This document shows, one piece after another, positions 33,645 to 42,608 of a stretch of DNA of 58,460 nt (positions are counted from its first letter, which is position 1; every line of letters begins with the position of its first letter). The DNA comes from an uncultured Planctomycetaceae bacterium. Its GTDB lineage: Bacteria; Planctomycetota; Phycisphaerae; UBA1845; UTPLA1. The translations under genes and the position numbers were made by a program. The notes beneath the pieces were generated by a model that saw nothing but the letters and a program-made list of their open reading frames with translations, ran no database searches and was not told where the DNA came from. The stretch covers positions 1,450 to 59,909 of the forward strand of contig CAZONT010000001.1 of NCBI GenBank assembly GCA_964581285.1. Reading direction: 5' to 3'.

Positions 33645-34676
33645 TTACTTGGGTTTCGTTGTTGATGTCAAAGAGTCGGCGTAACGCTTGAGCGTCGCCG
33701 CCAGTCGATCATCGGTGATATCGAACGTTCGTTCAAATATCTCGCTGCGCTCCCGGGCGGTGAGTCCGCCGCGTCGAAGTGCGCGGATGCAGTCTCCCAT
33801 CGACTTTGCCTTTTCCTTGACGGCCCAATGTGTGAGCAGCCAGGCCTGCGCGTAGGCCGTTGCGGATGCGGGCTGGCCGGGTTTGAAGACGCCATCGTCG
33901 GACAGGAGCCGGCGCCATGGCAGCAGTTGCCCGGCTTTCGCGGCGATGAGGTAGTCGTTGAGCCGAAGTTCGTTGATGCCGAGCGTGCCAAGGGAGAGCG
34001 GATCGATCGGAACCTCGAACTGGCTCGCCAACCCCTCGCCGAGCCATGCCGGTTGCGTCGCCGTTCTAGGCAAGACGCCAAATGCCGAAAGCGCGGCGTG
34101 GGCGACTTCGTGTTGGACGGTCGTGCAGAAGATCTGCTCTTCGAGTTGATCGAGTTTCGCAAATGCTTCTTCGCCCTGTTTCAGGATTGCAGCGCGTCGG
34201 GCGGATTCGCCGGCGTCGGCTGTGCTGCCCAGTGCCCGGATCGGGTTAACGAGTCGGCTGATTTCCGATCTTTTTTCGGGAATCACGCCGACTCTCGTGA
34301 AGTCGAGCAGGACAACTCTTTCGGCGTCCGGGTCGTAGAAGCCATAGAGGTCTGTTGTGGCCGTGAAGCCCACGCCGTTCGCGTAGTTTTGAAAGCCGCT
34401 TGGATCGTCGAAGACGGAAACCATAATGGGATCACGTGGCCGGGTGGTTGCGACTTCGAGCCGGTTCGCCAGAGAGTACACAGCTCCGTACGTTGCCTCC
34501 ATTCGGTTGAGCAAACTGCCCGGGCCTTGCCGGTTTGCGAGGGTCGCTTCCTTCGGCACGATGACGAAATGCGGAGTCTGTGGATAGAGACTCCGCTCTT
34601 CCCCCCCGGTTTGGGCAGATGCGAGGAGGGCTGCGAACAACAGGCACGCCGAAGTCGGAAGAATCTTGCGCGGCAT
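33645..34676 (-). CDS. DUF1570-family secreted protein (HExxH-containing, putative metallopeptidase-like)
   Basis: Signal peptide CLLFAALLASAQ. ..TTVQHEVAHAAL.. Planctomycete-typical family. Assignment from memory of the family, not a search. Confidence 0.55.
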   Translation of the reverse strand: MPRKILPTSACLLFAALLASAQTGGEERSLYPQTPHFVIVPKEATLANRQGPGSLLNRMEATYGAVYSLANRLEVATTRPRDPIMVSVFDDPSGFQNYANGVGFTATTDLYGFYDPDAERVVLLDFTRVGVIPEKRSEISRLVNPIRALGSTADAGESARRAAILKQGEEAFAKLDQLEEQIFCTTVQHEVAHAALSAFGVLPRTATQPAWLGEGLASQFEVPIDPLSLGTLGINELRLNDYLIAAKAGQLLPWRRLLSDDGVFKPGQPASATAYAQAWLLTHWAVKEKAKSMGDCIRALRRGGLTARERSEIFERTFDITDDRLAATLKRYADSLTSTTKPK

Positions 34677-34742
34677 GACGAAGCACCGGCCGCTCGCTGA
34701 CCTGCGAGCGATGATGAGATGATATTCAGGCGAGCGCGGAGA

Positions 34743-35657
34743 TTACACCGGGGCCGGCTGGGGCTCGCGGCTCAGCTTGAACCTGGGCGCGTTCTTGTCG
34801 CCCTTGTAGGCGGTCAGGTCGACTTTCTTCTCGCTCAGCAGAGATTGAAGGTACTTCTGGGCTTCCGGAAAGACCGTCTCGGGATCGGCAAGCGAGTGAT
34901 TCCACAACTTGGGCCAGTCGAACATCAGGAATCCGTCATAGGCCAGACCCTTGAGCAGGGCGACCTGCAGGGGAACATCCGCGTCGCCTTTGCCCGGTGG
35001 CTCGATCGATTCGACGCCGTTGGACGCGAGCTTGCCGTCGGTGAGTCGGACCATGCCGATCATTCCGCCGAGGCGCTTGATCGAGATGCTCGGCGTCTCG
35101 CCGCGCGTGAGTGCGGCAAATTGCGACCAGCACGCCCGGACGGACGGCGACTCGGCTGCATCAACGAGGAACCAGATGGCCTGGCTGTCGACGAAATCGC
35201 CGCTGTTTTCGATCAGAAGGGTGACGCGATGTTCGAGGGCCGTCGGCACCAACTCGCGCACGGCCGTCGCAATGCGATTCAGCACGACCTCGCGCGATTC
35301 GTAGCCGAGGAACGCGCGCTTTGGGATTTCCGAACCGAAGACGCGGACGTATGGGCATCCGACCTTGCCGGCCAGCTCGATGTACTGGCGAGCTTCGGCC
35401 TGGTTGTCCGCGACGCGGCGGCGGTCGCGGTAGTGAAACGCGGCGGAGCTACTGAGGCACACAAGTTCGATGCCGGCCTCGGTGAACATGGCCCGCGTCG
35501 ATGCGGGGTTCGCTGTCAATTCCGGGCAGAGTGTCAGATCCATCTGGCCGCGGAGGCCACGCAATTCGACGCCGTGATAGCCCATTGCCTTCGCGTTGTT
35601 GACGAGGGTCGGCAAATCCCAGTTGGGGCAGCCGACGCTGGAAAAGCCAATCTTCAT
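34743..35657 (-). CDS. Sugar phosphate isomerase/epimerase (xylose isomerase-like TIM barrel)
   Basis: MKIGFSSVGCPNWDLPTLVNNAKAMGYHGVELRGL.. typical AP_endonuc_2 N-terminus. 304 aa. Confidence 0.8.
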   Translation of the reverse strand: MKIGFSSVGCPNWDLPTLVNNAKAMGYHGVELRGLRGQMDLTLCPELTANPASTRAMFTEAGIELVCLSSSAAFHYRDRRRVADNQAEARQYIELAGKVGCPYVRVFGSEIPKRAFLGYESREVVLNRIATAVRELVPTALEHRVTLLIENSGDFVDSQAIWFLVDAAESPSVRACWSQFAALTRGETPSISIKRLGGMIGMVRLTDGKLASNGVESIEPPGKGDADVPLQVALLKGLAYDGFLMFDWPKLWNHSLADPETVFPEAQKYLQSLLSEKKVDLTAYKGDKNAPRFKLSREPQPAPV

Positions 35658-35752
35658 GCCGCGGCTCCGGTGTCAAATCGTCGAGTCTTCGTGAATTATT
35701 TCACAAGATAGCGTCTGAGCCGTGCAGGCGTCAATGCGGTGAAACATGCGGG

Positions 35753-38700
35753 TCACAACTCTCGCCCGTGCCACATGCGATAGAGAGCCGGCAGGACGAC
35801 GAGCGTCAACACCGTGCTGGAAACGATGCCGCCGACAACGACCGTAGCCAGCGGGCGCTGCACCTCGGCGCCCGTTCCGGTCGCCAGCGCCATCGGCACG
35901 AACCCCAGGGCCGCAACGAGCGCGGTCATCAAGACCGGGCGGAGTCGCGTGAGCGAGCCGTTGATGATCGCTCCATCCACGTCCTGTCCCTGTTCGCGCA
36001 GATGGTTGATGAACGTAATCATCACAAGTCCATTGAGAACGGCGACGCCGGACAGGGCGATGAAGCCGACCGCCGCCGAGATCGAAAACGGCATGTCGCG
36101 CAACCACAGCGAAACGATGCCTCCCGTGAGGGCGAGGGGGACGCCGGTGAAGACCAACAACGCATACTTCATTGAATGAAAGGTGCCGAAGAGCAGAACA
36201 AAGATCAGGAAGAGGCAGATCGGCACGACGACGAGCAAACGTCGCCGGGCGGCGATCAGATTCTCGAACTGGCCGCCCCAGGAGATCCAGGCGCCCGGCG
36301 TCAGCTTGACCTCCGCGTCGATCCTCCGCTGCGCCTCGGCGACGAACGAGCCGATATCCCGATCGCGAACGTTGCACTGTACTACGACGCGTCGCTTGCC
36401 ATCCTCCCGACTGATTTGGTTCGGACCCTCCTCGATTCGAATCGTGGCGACTTCGCTCAGAGGGATAAACCTGCCGCGAACGCGGGCGTCAACTTCGTTG
36501 TTCCCGGATTGATGCCGCGCGTCGCCGGGCTCGCGCCGGGGCAACGGGATTGGGAGATTGCGGATCGCCTCGGGGTTCTTTCGAACGTTTTCGGGAAGAC
36601 GTACGACCACGTGAAAGCGACGATCGCCCTGGAAGACCAGTCCCGCCTCGCGGCCGCCGATCGCGATTGCGACGACGTCTTGAACGTCGGCCACGTTCAG
36701 GCCGTACCGCGCGAGCGCCGCGCGATCGATCTCGACGCTCAACACGGGCAGTCCGCTCGTTTGCTCGACCTTGACGTCCGCCGAACCGCGAACGTCTTTG
36801 AGAATGCGGGCGATCGCGCCGGCGGGCGGCTCCATCTGTTCGACGTCGTCTCCGAATACCTTCACCGCAACGTCGCCGCGAACGCCGGCGATCAGCTCGT
36901 TGAAGCGCATCTGAATCGGCTGCGTGAACTCATAATTGTTTCCGGGCAGTGCCTGGACCGCGGACTCGATCCGCCGGACGAGGTCGAGCTTTGACTCGGA
37001 TGGATTCGGCCACTCGGGCCGCGGCTTGAGGATCACAAACGTGTCGGAGACGTTCGGCGGCATCGGATCGGATGCCATTTCGGCCGTTCCGGTCTTCGAG
37101 AACGCGAATGCCACCTCCGGGAAACGGGAGACGGCTTTCTCGACTTCGAACTGCATGTGCGACGACTGCGTCAGCGATGTGCTTGGAATACGGATTGCGT
37201 GCAGCGCGATATCTCGCTCGTCAAGGGTCGGAACGAACTCGTCCCCGAGCGTGAAGAAGAGGCCGAGCGATGCCGCAAACGCCACGACCGCCAACACGAA
37301 TACCGTCTTCGGGATTCGAATTGCGAGGCGCACCGTCGGCTGGTAGGCCTGTTTGACCCATCGGACGAGGAAATTCTCGCGCTCCCGTACTCGCCCCGTA
37401 ATCCCGATCGCGACCATCGCGGGGATAAACGTCAGCGAGAGGATGAAGGCGGCCGCGAGGGCGAAAATCACCGTCATGGCCATCGGGTGGAACATCTTTC
37501 CCTCGATGCCGGTGAGGGCGAGGATCGGGAAGTAGACGATGATGATGATTGCTTCGCCGAACGCGGTCGCGCTGCGAACCTCCTTACTCGCAGCCAGCAC
37601 GACTTCGAGGCGCTCGGCGAGCGTGAGCTTCCGGCCCAGTTCGTGTTGGCGTTCGGCGAGCAAGCGCAGACAGTTTTCAACAATGATGACCGCCCCATCG
37701 ACGATGAGGCCAAAGTCGATGGCCCCCAGACTCATCAGATTTCCGCTGACGCGTGTCTGCACCATCCCAATCGCCGTCAGCAGCATGGAGAGCGGAATCG
37801 CAAGTGCGGTGATTGCCGCGGCGCGGATGTTTCCAAGCATCAGAAACAGGATCACGATGACGAGAATCGCCCCTTCGGCCAGGTTCGTGCTGACGGTCTG
37901 GATCGTCGCATCCACGAGCTTCGTTCGATTCAGCACGGTCTTGGCATGAATGTCGGGCGGCAGTCCCCTGTTGATCTCCCGCAGCTTCGCATCGACGGCC
38001 GCCGAGACCGTCCGGCTGTTGGCACCAATCAGCATGAACGCAGTGCCAACGACGACCTCGTTCCCGTTCTCGCTGGCGCTGCCCGTTCGAAGCTCCCTTC
38101 CAATCCGAACGTCCGCCACGTTGCGGACGTAGATCGGCGTTCCGTCCTCGACACCGAGTACGATGTTTGCGATCTCGTCGTGGCCCCGAATCCTCCCCGG
38201 GGCTCGGACGACGTACGCCTCTCCCTCGTGCTCGATGTAGCCGGCTCCGACGCTGGCATTGTTCCGCTCCAGGGCGTCGATGACATCCTGAAACGTCAGT
38301 CCATAGGAGATCAGCTTCATCGCGTCGGGCTCGACGTGATACTGCTTGACGTATCCGCCGATCGCGTCGACGCCGGCCACATCCTTCACGCCCTTGAGTT
38401 GCGGGCGGATGATCCAGTCCTGCACGGTCCGCAGATAGGCCGCCTTCTCCAGCGGAGTCGTCAACCGCTCGCCCTCCGGCGTGAGGTATGCCCCATCGGG
38501 TTGCCAGCCGGCCCGGCCATCGACGATCGTCGCGCCCTTACCGTCCGGGTGAACGTACTCGACCGTCCACATGTAGACCTCGCCCAAACCAGTCGAGATC
38601 GCACCCATCTTCGGCTCGGCCCCGGGCGGAAGGTTCTCGCGGGCCTCCTGCAGACGCTCGTTGACCTGCTGCCGCGCAAAATAGATGCTCACGTCATCGT

Positions 38701-38992
38701 CGAAGATGGCCGTCACCTGCGAAAAGCCGTTGCGCGAGAGCGATCGGGTGGATTGCAATCCGGGAATGCCGGCCAAGGCGGTTTCAATCGGGAAGGTAAT
38801 CTGCTTCTCGACCTCGAGCGGCGACAGGGCCGGATAGACGGTATTGATCTGAACCTGGTTGTTTGTGATGTCCGGCACTGCATCGATCGGCAATCGCCGG
38901 AGCGAATAGGCCCCGCCGATCGCCGCGACGATGGTCAACAGCACCACGAGATAGCGGTGTTGGATTGAGAATTGAAGGACGCGTTCAAGCAT
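35753..38992 (-). CDS. czcA: Heavy-metal efflux RND pump, CzcA/CusA family
   Basis: 1079 aa with 12-TM RND architecture. N-terminus MLERVLQFSIQHRYLVVLL.. and conserved HME-RND blocks. Confidence 0.9.
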   Translation of the reverse strand: MLERVLQFSIQHRYLVVLLTIVAAIGGAYSLRRLPIDAVPDITNNQVQINTVYPALSPLEVEKQITFPIETALAGIPGLQSTRSLSRNGFSQVTAIFDDDVSIYFARQQVNERLQEARENLPPGAEPKMGAISTGLGEVYMWTVEYVHPDGKGATIVDGRAGWQPDGAYLTPEGERLTTPLEKAAYLRTVQDWIIRPQLKGVKDVAGVDAIGGYVKQYHVEPDAMKLISYGLTFQDVIDALERNNASVGAGYIEHEGEAYVVRAPGRIRGHDEIANIVLGVEDGTPIYVRNVADVRIGRELRTGSASENGNEVVVGTAFMLIGANSRTVSAAVDAKLREINRGLPPDIHAKTVLNRTKLVDATIQTVSTNLAEGAILVIVILFLMLGNIRAAAITALAIPLSMLLTAIGMVQTRVSGNLMSLGAIDFGLIVDGAVIIVENCLRLLAERQHELGRKLTLAERLEVVLAASKEVRSATAFGEAIIIIVYFPILALTGIEGKMFHPMAMTVIFALAAAFILSLTFIPAMVAIGITGRVRERENFLVRWVKQAYQPTVRLAIRIPKTVFVLAVVAFAASLGLFFTLGDEFVPTLDERDIALHAIRIPSTSLTQSSHMQFEVEKAVSRFPEVAFAFSKTGTAEMASDPMPPNVSDTFVILKPRPEWPNPSESKLDLVRRIESAVQALPGNNYEFTQPIQMRFNELIAGVRGDVAVKVFGDDVEQMEPPAGAIARILKDVRGSADVKVEQTSGLPVLSVEIDRAALARYGLNVADVQDVVAIAIGGREAGLVFQGDRRFHVVVRLPENVRKNPEAIRNLPIPLPRREPGDARHQSGNNEVDARVRGRFIPLSEVATIRIEEGPNQISREDGKRRVVVQCNVRDRDIGSFVAEAQRRIDAEVKLTPGAWISWGGQFENLIAARRRLLVVVPICLFLIFVLLFGTFHSMKYALLVFTGVPLALTGGIVSLWLRDMPFSISAAVGFIALSGVAVLNGLVMITFINHLREQGQDVDGAIINGSLTRLRPVLMTALVAALGFVPMALATGTGAEVQRPLATVVVGGIVSSTVLTLVVLPALYRMWHGREL

Positions 38993-39021
38993 GGGCTTGA
39001 CCCTCTTCGGAAAGGTTGGAA

Positions 39022-40293
39022 TCAGTGCACATGCTCTGCCGCCGCCTTGCCGAACTCGGCCTTCAAGATGAACGAGCCGCTCGCCACATATTCATCGCCC
39101 GCGTTCAAGCCCGAGAGGATTTCGACTTGCCGGTCGCTCCTTCGACCGATCGTCACCGCGCGCTTTTCGAAGCCGTCGCGTACTCTGACGAACACCACCG
39201 GCTGATTGTCGATTGTCTGTAACGCCGAATCGGGCACGACGATCGGCGCATCGGCCGTCGAAACCGCGACATCGGCGAAGACGAACATGCCCGGCAGCCA
39301 GCGTCGGTCCGGGTTGGAGAGGACGACGCGGGCCTGCCCGGTTCGCGTGGCTTCGTCAATCCGAGGGCTTACATACTCGACCCGGCCGCGTTGAGCCGAC
39401 GCCTTCCCTGCAGCGCGGATGTCGACCGAAATGCCAACGGTGACATGGGGGACGTCCTGCTGATACACGGTCACCTGGACCCATACGACGGACAGGTCCG
39501 CCAGGACGAAACACGTTTTTTCAGGGTTGACCACCTCGCCGAGCGTCAGGTGCTTCTCGATCACGGTGCCGGCGAACGGCGCACGGATCTCATAGCGTGA
39601 AAAGTCGGTGTCCTTCTCGCGATGCAGCGTCGCGACCTGGTCCTCCGAGAGGCCGAGGGCGTGGAGTTTTGCCTCCGCCGTGCGGTGCTCGATGTCCATC
39701 TCCGCGAGCGTTTGCCTGGCCCGAAGCAGCTCCTCCTCCGGCGCAATCTTCTGCGAGAAGAGTTTCTCAATCCGTTTCAGATTCGCCTCGGCCAACTCGT
39801 GCCGCGACGACGCCGCGAGGTCTGACGCCTTTGCGTCGGCCAATTCCCGGCTGTCGAGGATTGCCAGGACCTCGCCGGGCGTAACGGTGTCGCCGAGGTT
39901 CTTGCGCACCTCACGCACCATTCCGGTTACGCGGGGCACGATGTGCGCGACGCGGTCCGCGTCCAGCTGCACTTCGCCTGGAAGCGTGGCGGTTTGTTCG
40001 ATCTTTCCGGGACCGGCCGTCGCGATCTCGATGCCGTGCGTCTTGATCGCTTCGGGAGAGAGGTGGACCAAGCCGTCCTCGTGCTCCTTGTGCTCGCTGC
40101 GCTCGTGCTCCTGATCGCCAGGCGCATGCACATGATCTGCACTCTCGCCGTGTTCGTCTTTCGCGGAAGCAGCCGGCCGAGTACCCCGTTCCTTCATCCA
40201 TTGCCGCATGCCGAGCGCGCCCGCCGCACCTCCGAACAGGAGCGCGACTGTTACGACGGCAAGCGATCTACTCCTGGCGACTGTCAATGACAC
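39022..40293 (-). CDS. czcB: Efflux RND periplasmic adaptor (CzcB/CusB-type MFP) with His/Glu-rich N-terminal tract
   Basis: Anchor LAVVTVALLFGG. DEHGESADHVHAPGDQEHERSEHKEHEDGLVH. HlyD-like lipoyl and barrel motifs. Confidence 0.85.
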   Translation of the reverse strand: MSLTVARSRSLAVVTVALLFGGAAGALGMRQWMKERGTRPAASAKDEHGESADHVHAPGDQEHERSEHKEHEDGLVHLSPEAIKTHGIEIATAGPGKIEQTATLPGEVQLDADRVAHIVPRVTGMVREVRKNLGDTVTPGEVLAILDSRELADAKASDLAASSRHELAEANLKRIEKLFSQKIAPEEELLRARQTLAEMDIEHRTAEAKLHALGLSEDQVATLHREKDTDFSRYEIRAPFAGTVIEKHLTLGEVVNPEKTCFVLADLSVVWVQVTVYQQDVPHVTVGISVDIRAAGKASAQRGRVEYVSPRIDEATRTGQARVVLSNPDRRWLPGMFVFADVAVSTADAPIVVPDSALQTIDNQPVVFVRVRDGFEKRAVTIGRRSDRQVEILSGLNAGDEYVASGSFILKAEFGKAAAEHVH

Positions 40294-40305
40294 GGAATCA
40301 CTCCT

Positions 40306-40515
40306 TCAGAACCCGTACGCCGCGAACGCGGATCGGGCGACGCTCGCTGCAAAGTCAACATATTGGGTGGCGGCCTGCGCGATCGCTGACAGGCCGGCCT
40401 CCACGACTGTCTGCTGCGCTTTCGGTGTGCAGCCCGTGAAGCATGCCGGAAGGAGCAGTGGTGCCACGAGGAAAAATGTTCGCCTCGCGATGGGCCCTCT
40501 ATCGCGTCGCATCAT
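40306..40515 (-). CDS. Candidate 69-aa small lipoprotein wedged between czcC and czcB
   Basis: ATGA overlap with the czcC stop and 12 nt before the czcB start. Arg-rich n-region, hydrophobic core and lipobox-like LLPAC/FTGC. High GC3. Confidence 0.45.
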   Translation of the reverse strand: MMRRDRGPIARRTFFLVAPLLLPACFTGCTPKAQQTVVEAGLSAIAQAATQYVDFAASVARSAFAAYGF

Positions 40516-42077
40516 TGCTCTACTCCGCGATTGATCTCCGAGCTATCGACGTGGTCGTTGCTCGGCTGCGAGGTCGGCGCTAAGTGCGTTCGCGCCGCGG
40601 CGGCGACCAGGGCGGCGTACGGCCGGGCCGTGACGCGCTCGAGTTCGGCGATTGCGATGGCGCGATCGCGATCAGCTGAGATTGCATCTCGGCGAGTCGA
40701 CAGCAGCACCCGCTGCGCGTCGAGCAGCACTATGACGGACGCCCGACCGACTTCATACGACCTTTGCGACAGATCGAGATTCGATTCGGCCTGTGGCAGC
40801 AGCTTTTCGCGGAAGTAGCTTGAAACGCTGCTGGTTGTCTGGGCCTGGTCGACGACCTCCCGGACGCGCTGCACGGCGGCGCGTTCGAGTGCATCCAGTT
40901 CCGCGACGGCTTGCTGATATGTGAAGCGGGCTTTGGCGATCTGCGCCTGATTCTGATCGAAAATCGGGAGTGTCAGATTGAAAGCCGGCCCGAAGATGTT
41001 CGTAATCTCCTGCGAGCGCTCCTGCTGGCGCTGGGAGCGGGATTGAATCTCCGGCGCGGTCAACTGCCCCGCAGCGACCGACGCCCGTGCCGTGTCACCG
41101 AGGACGCGCCGTCCCGGAAGCGACCTGGACTCGTTGCGCTCGTCGTAGAAGCCGATGGCGACGTCGGGGAACACTTTCAGATACTCAAGCCGAACCCGGG
41201 CGAGACTTGCTTCGACGGCTTCGCGAGCCGTGCGAATATCGGGTCGATTCGCCAGGGCGACTTCTTCGATCAGCCCCGATGCGGGAAGCGAAGCAAGATC
41301 TGAACCCAGCGGAGTCGTCAGTGACAGCGCCTCCACCGGATCTGTCAGGCCGAGAGCTGTTCCCAATCGGCGTCGGGAGGAGCGCGCTTCGAGTCGCGCG
41401 CGCCGTGTTTCAAGCTCGGCGCTATAGACCGTGCCCTTGGCGAGGTTTACGTCCAGTTCTCCGACGGCGCCGGCCTTCTGCCGGGCCTCGGCGACGCTCA
41501 GGAGTCGGGCCGTCAGTTCGCGGTTTTCCTCGGCGATTCGAAGCGTCTGATCGGCCGCAACGCAATTGAAATATGCTGTCTTTGTTTCGGTTGCCAGATC
41601 AACAGCCCGGCGCGCGACGTTCAGGATGGCCGCATCCAAAGAGTGCTCCGCCGCTCTCTTTCGGACCGGTATCTGCCACAGATCGACGATGTTCTGGGCG
41701 AACGTTGCTTGAATATTGCTCAACCCGCCGCCATCGGGAAACGCAATCGACATGGCCAGCGTCGGATTCGAGAAGAGCGTCGATTGAACGAGGTCCGCCC
41801 GTGCGATCCCAATGTCATAGAACTCAGCGAGCAGGCCGGGGTTGTTGAGCAGGCAGACTTGAACGGCCTCTTCGACCGTCAGGCCGTTGCCAAGTATCGC
41901 TGCCGGATCGAAGGTTTCGCCGGCGGTTGCGTCCGGTTGGGTGGTCGTCGCGGCGCCGGTCGCCTCCGAAATCGTGCGCGACGCTCGCTGGTAGTCATCG
42001 TGCGGACGGACCGCGGCGCAGCCCGTCAGCGCGGCCGCTGCAATGCAGATAGCCCATGGACGGAGAACGACGTGCAT
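40512..42077 (-). CDS. czcC: TolC-family outer membrane efflux protein (CzcC-like)
   Basis: Lipoprotein signal ICIAAAALTGC. Two OEP repeats. ATG at 42077 preferred (in-frame GTG at 42092 also possible). Confidence 0.85.
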   Translation of the reverse strand: MHVVLRPWAICIAAAALTGCAAVRPHDDYQRASRTISEATGAATTTQPDATAGETFDPAAILGNGLTVEEAVQVCLLNNPGLLAEFYDIGIARADLVQSTLFSNPTLAMSIAFPDGGGLSNIQATFAQNIVDLWQIPVRKRAAEHSLDAAILNVARRAVDLATETKTAYFNCVAADQTLRIAEENRELTARLLSVAEARQKAGAVGELDVNLAKGTVYSAELETRRARLEARSSRRRLGTALGLTDPVEALSLTTPLGSDLASLPASGLIEEVALANRPDIRTAREAVEASLARVRLEYLKVFPDVAIGFYDERNESRSLPGRRVLGDTARASVAAGQLTAPEIQSRSQRQQERSQEITNIFGPAFNLTLPIFDQNQAQIAKARFTYQQAVAELDALERAAVQRVREVVDQAQTTSSVSSYFREKLLPQAESNLDLSQRSYEVGRASVIVLLDAQRVLLSTRRDAISADRDRAIAIAELERVTARPYAALVAAAARTHLAPTSQPSNDHVDSSEINRGVEQ

Positions 42078-42169
42078 GAAACTCGACTCCACAGACCGAC
42101 GAGGCGCAAACAGCGACGAACGGCACCGCTCGTCGCCGGCCGATGATCAGGAATTGATGTGGAGTTGGA

Positions 42170-42526
42170 TCAAATGAGAAGAGGAAGCGCTAACGCGTTT
42201 GGGAGACATGGCGCGCCGAGCCCCGGCAGATCCTGACATGTGCCGAGGGATAGGTTCGAAACGGCGGCGATGGGTGTGGCCGTCGAAAAACAATCGGCGT
42301 CGTTCCAAGTCAGGCCGCCCGAAGCGCGCCATGACGCTTGTGCGGGCGCGATGGACGAGGTGTAAAAGCACGGATGATCAGTGCAATCGCCGTCCGGATG
42401 GTGCTCGACCGGATCAGGTCCTGAATCGAGGCACGATGGGTGCATCAGGTCGTTCGCGCAGACGGCCGGGCACGCGATCATCAGAACGATCAATGCCGCC
42501 GAGACGCATGGATTGCCGCGCATCAC
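42170..42526 (-). CDS. Small secreted Cys/His-rich protein in the CzcI position upstream of czcC
   Basis: 118 aa. Signal peptide AALIVLMIACPAVCA. Mature part has 6 Cys and 4 His (..HPSCLD..VEHHPDGDCTDHPCF..DADCF..GTCQD..APCLP..). Confidence 0.5.
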   Translation of the reverse strand: MMRGNPCVSAALIVLMIACPAVCANDLMHPSCLDSGPDPVEHHPDGDCTDHPCFYTSSIAPAQASWRASGGLTWNDADCFSTATPIAAVSNLSLGTCQDLPGLGAPCLPNALALPLLI

Positions 42527-42608
42527 CCAACACTAATCCAATGGAAATGCACTGTCTAGCGTGAGGGCGCAAGACTTGTGTTGGCGTTGGTCGAAGCCGG
42601 CGCGGCTC

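Noticed and set aside
37157-38968. 603-aa plus-strand ORF (and 35768..36994 ORFs) antisense to czcA.
   Set aside because: Arg/Asp/Gly-rich with no recognisable domains. czcA on the opposite strand is unambiguous.
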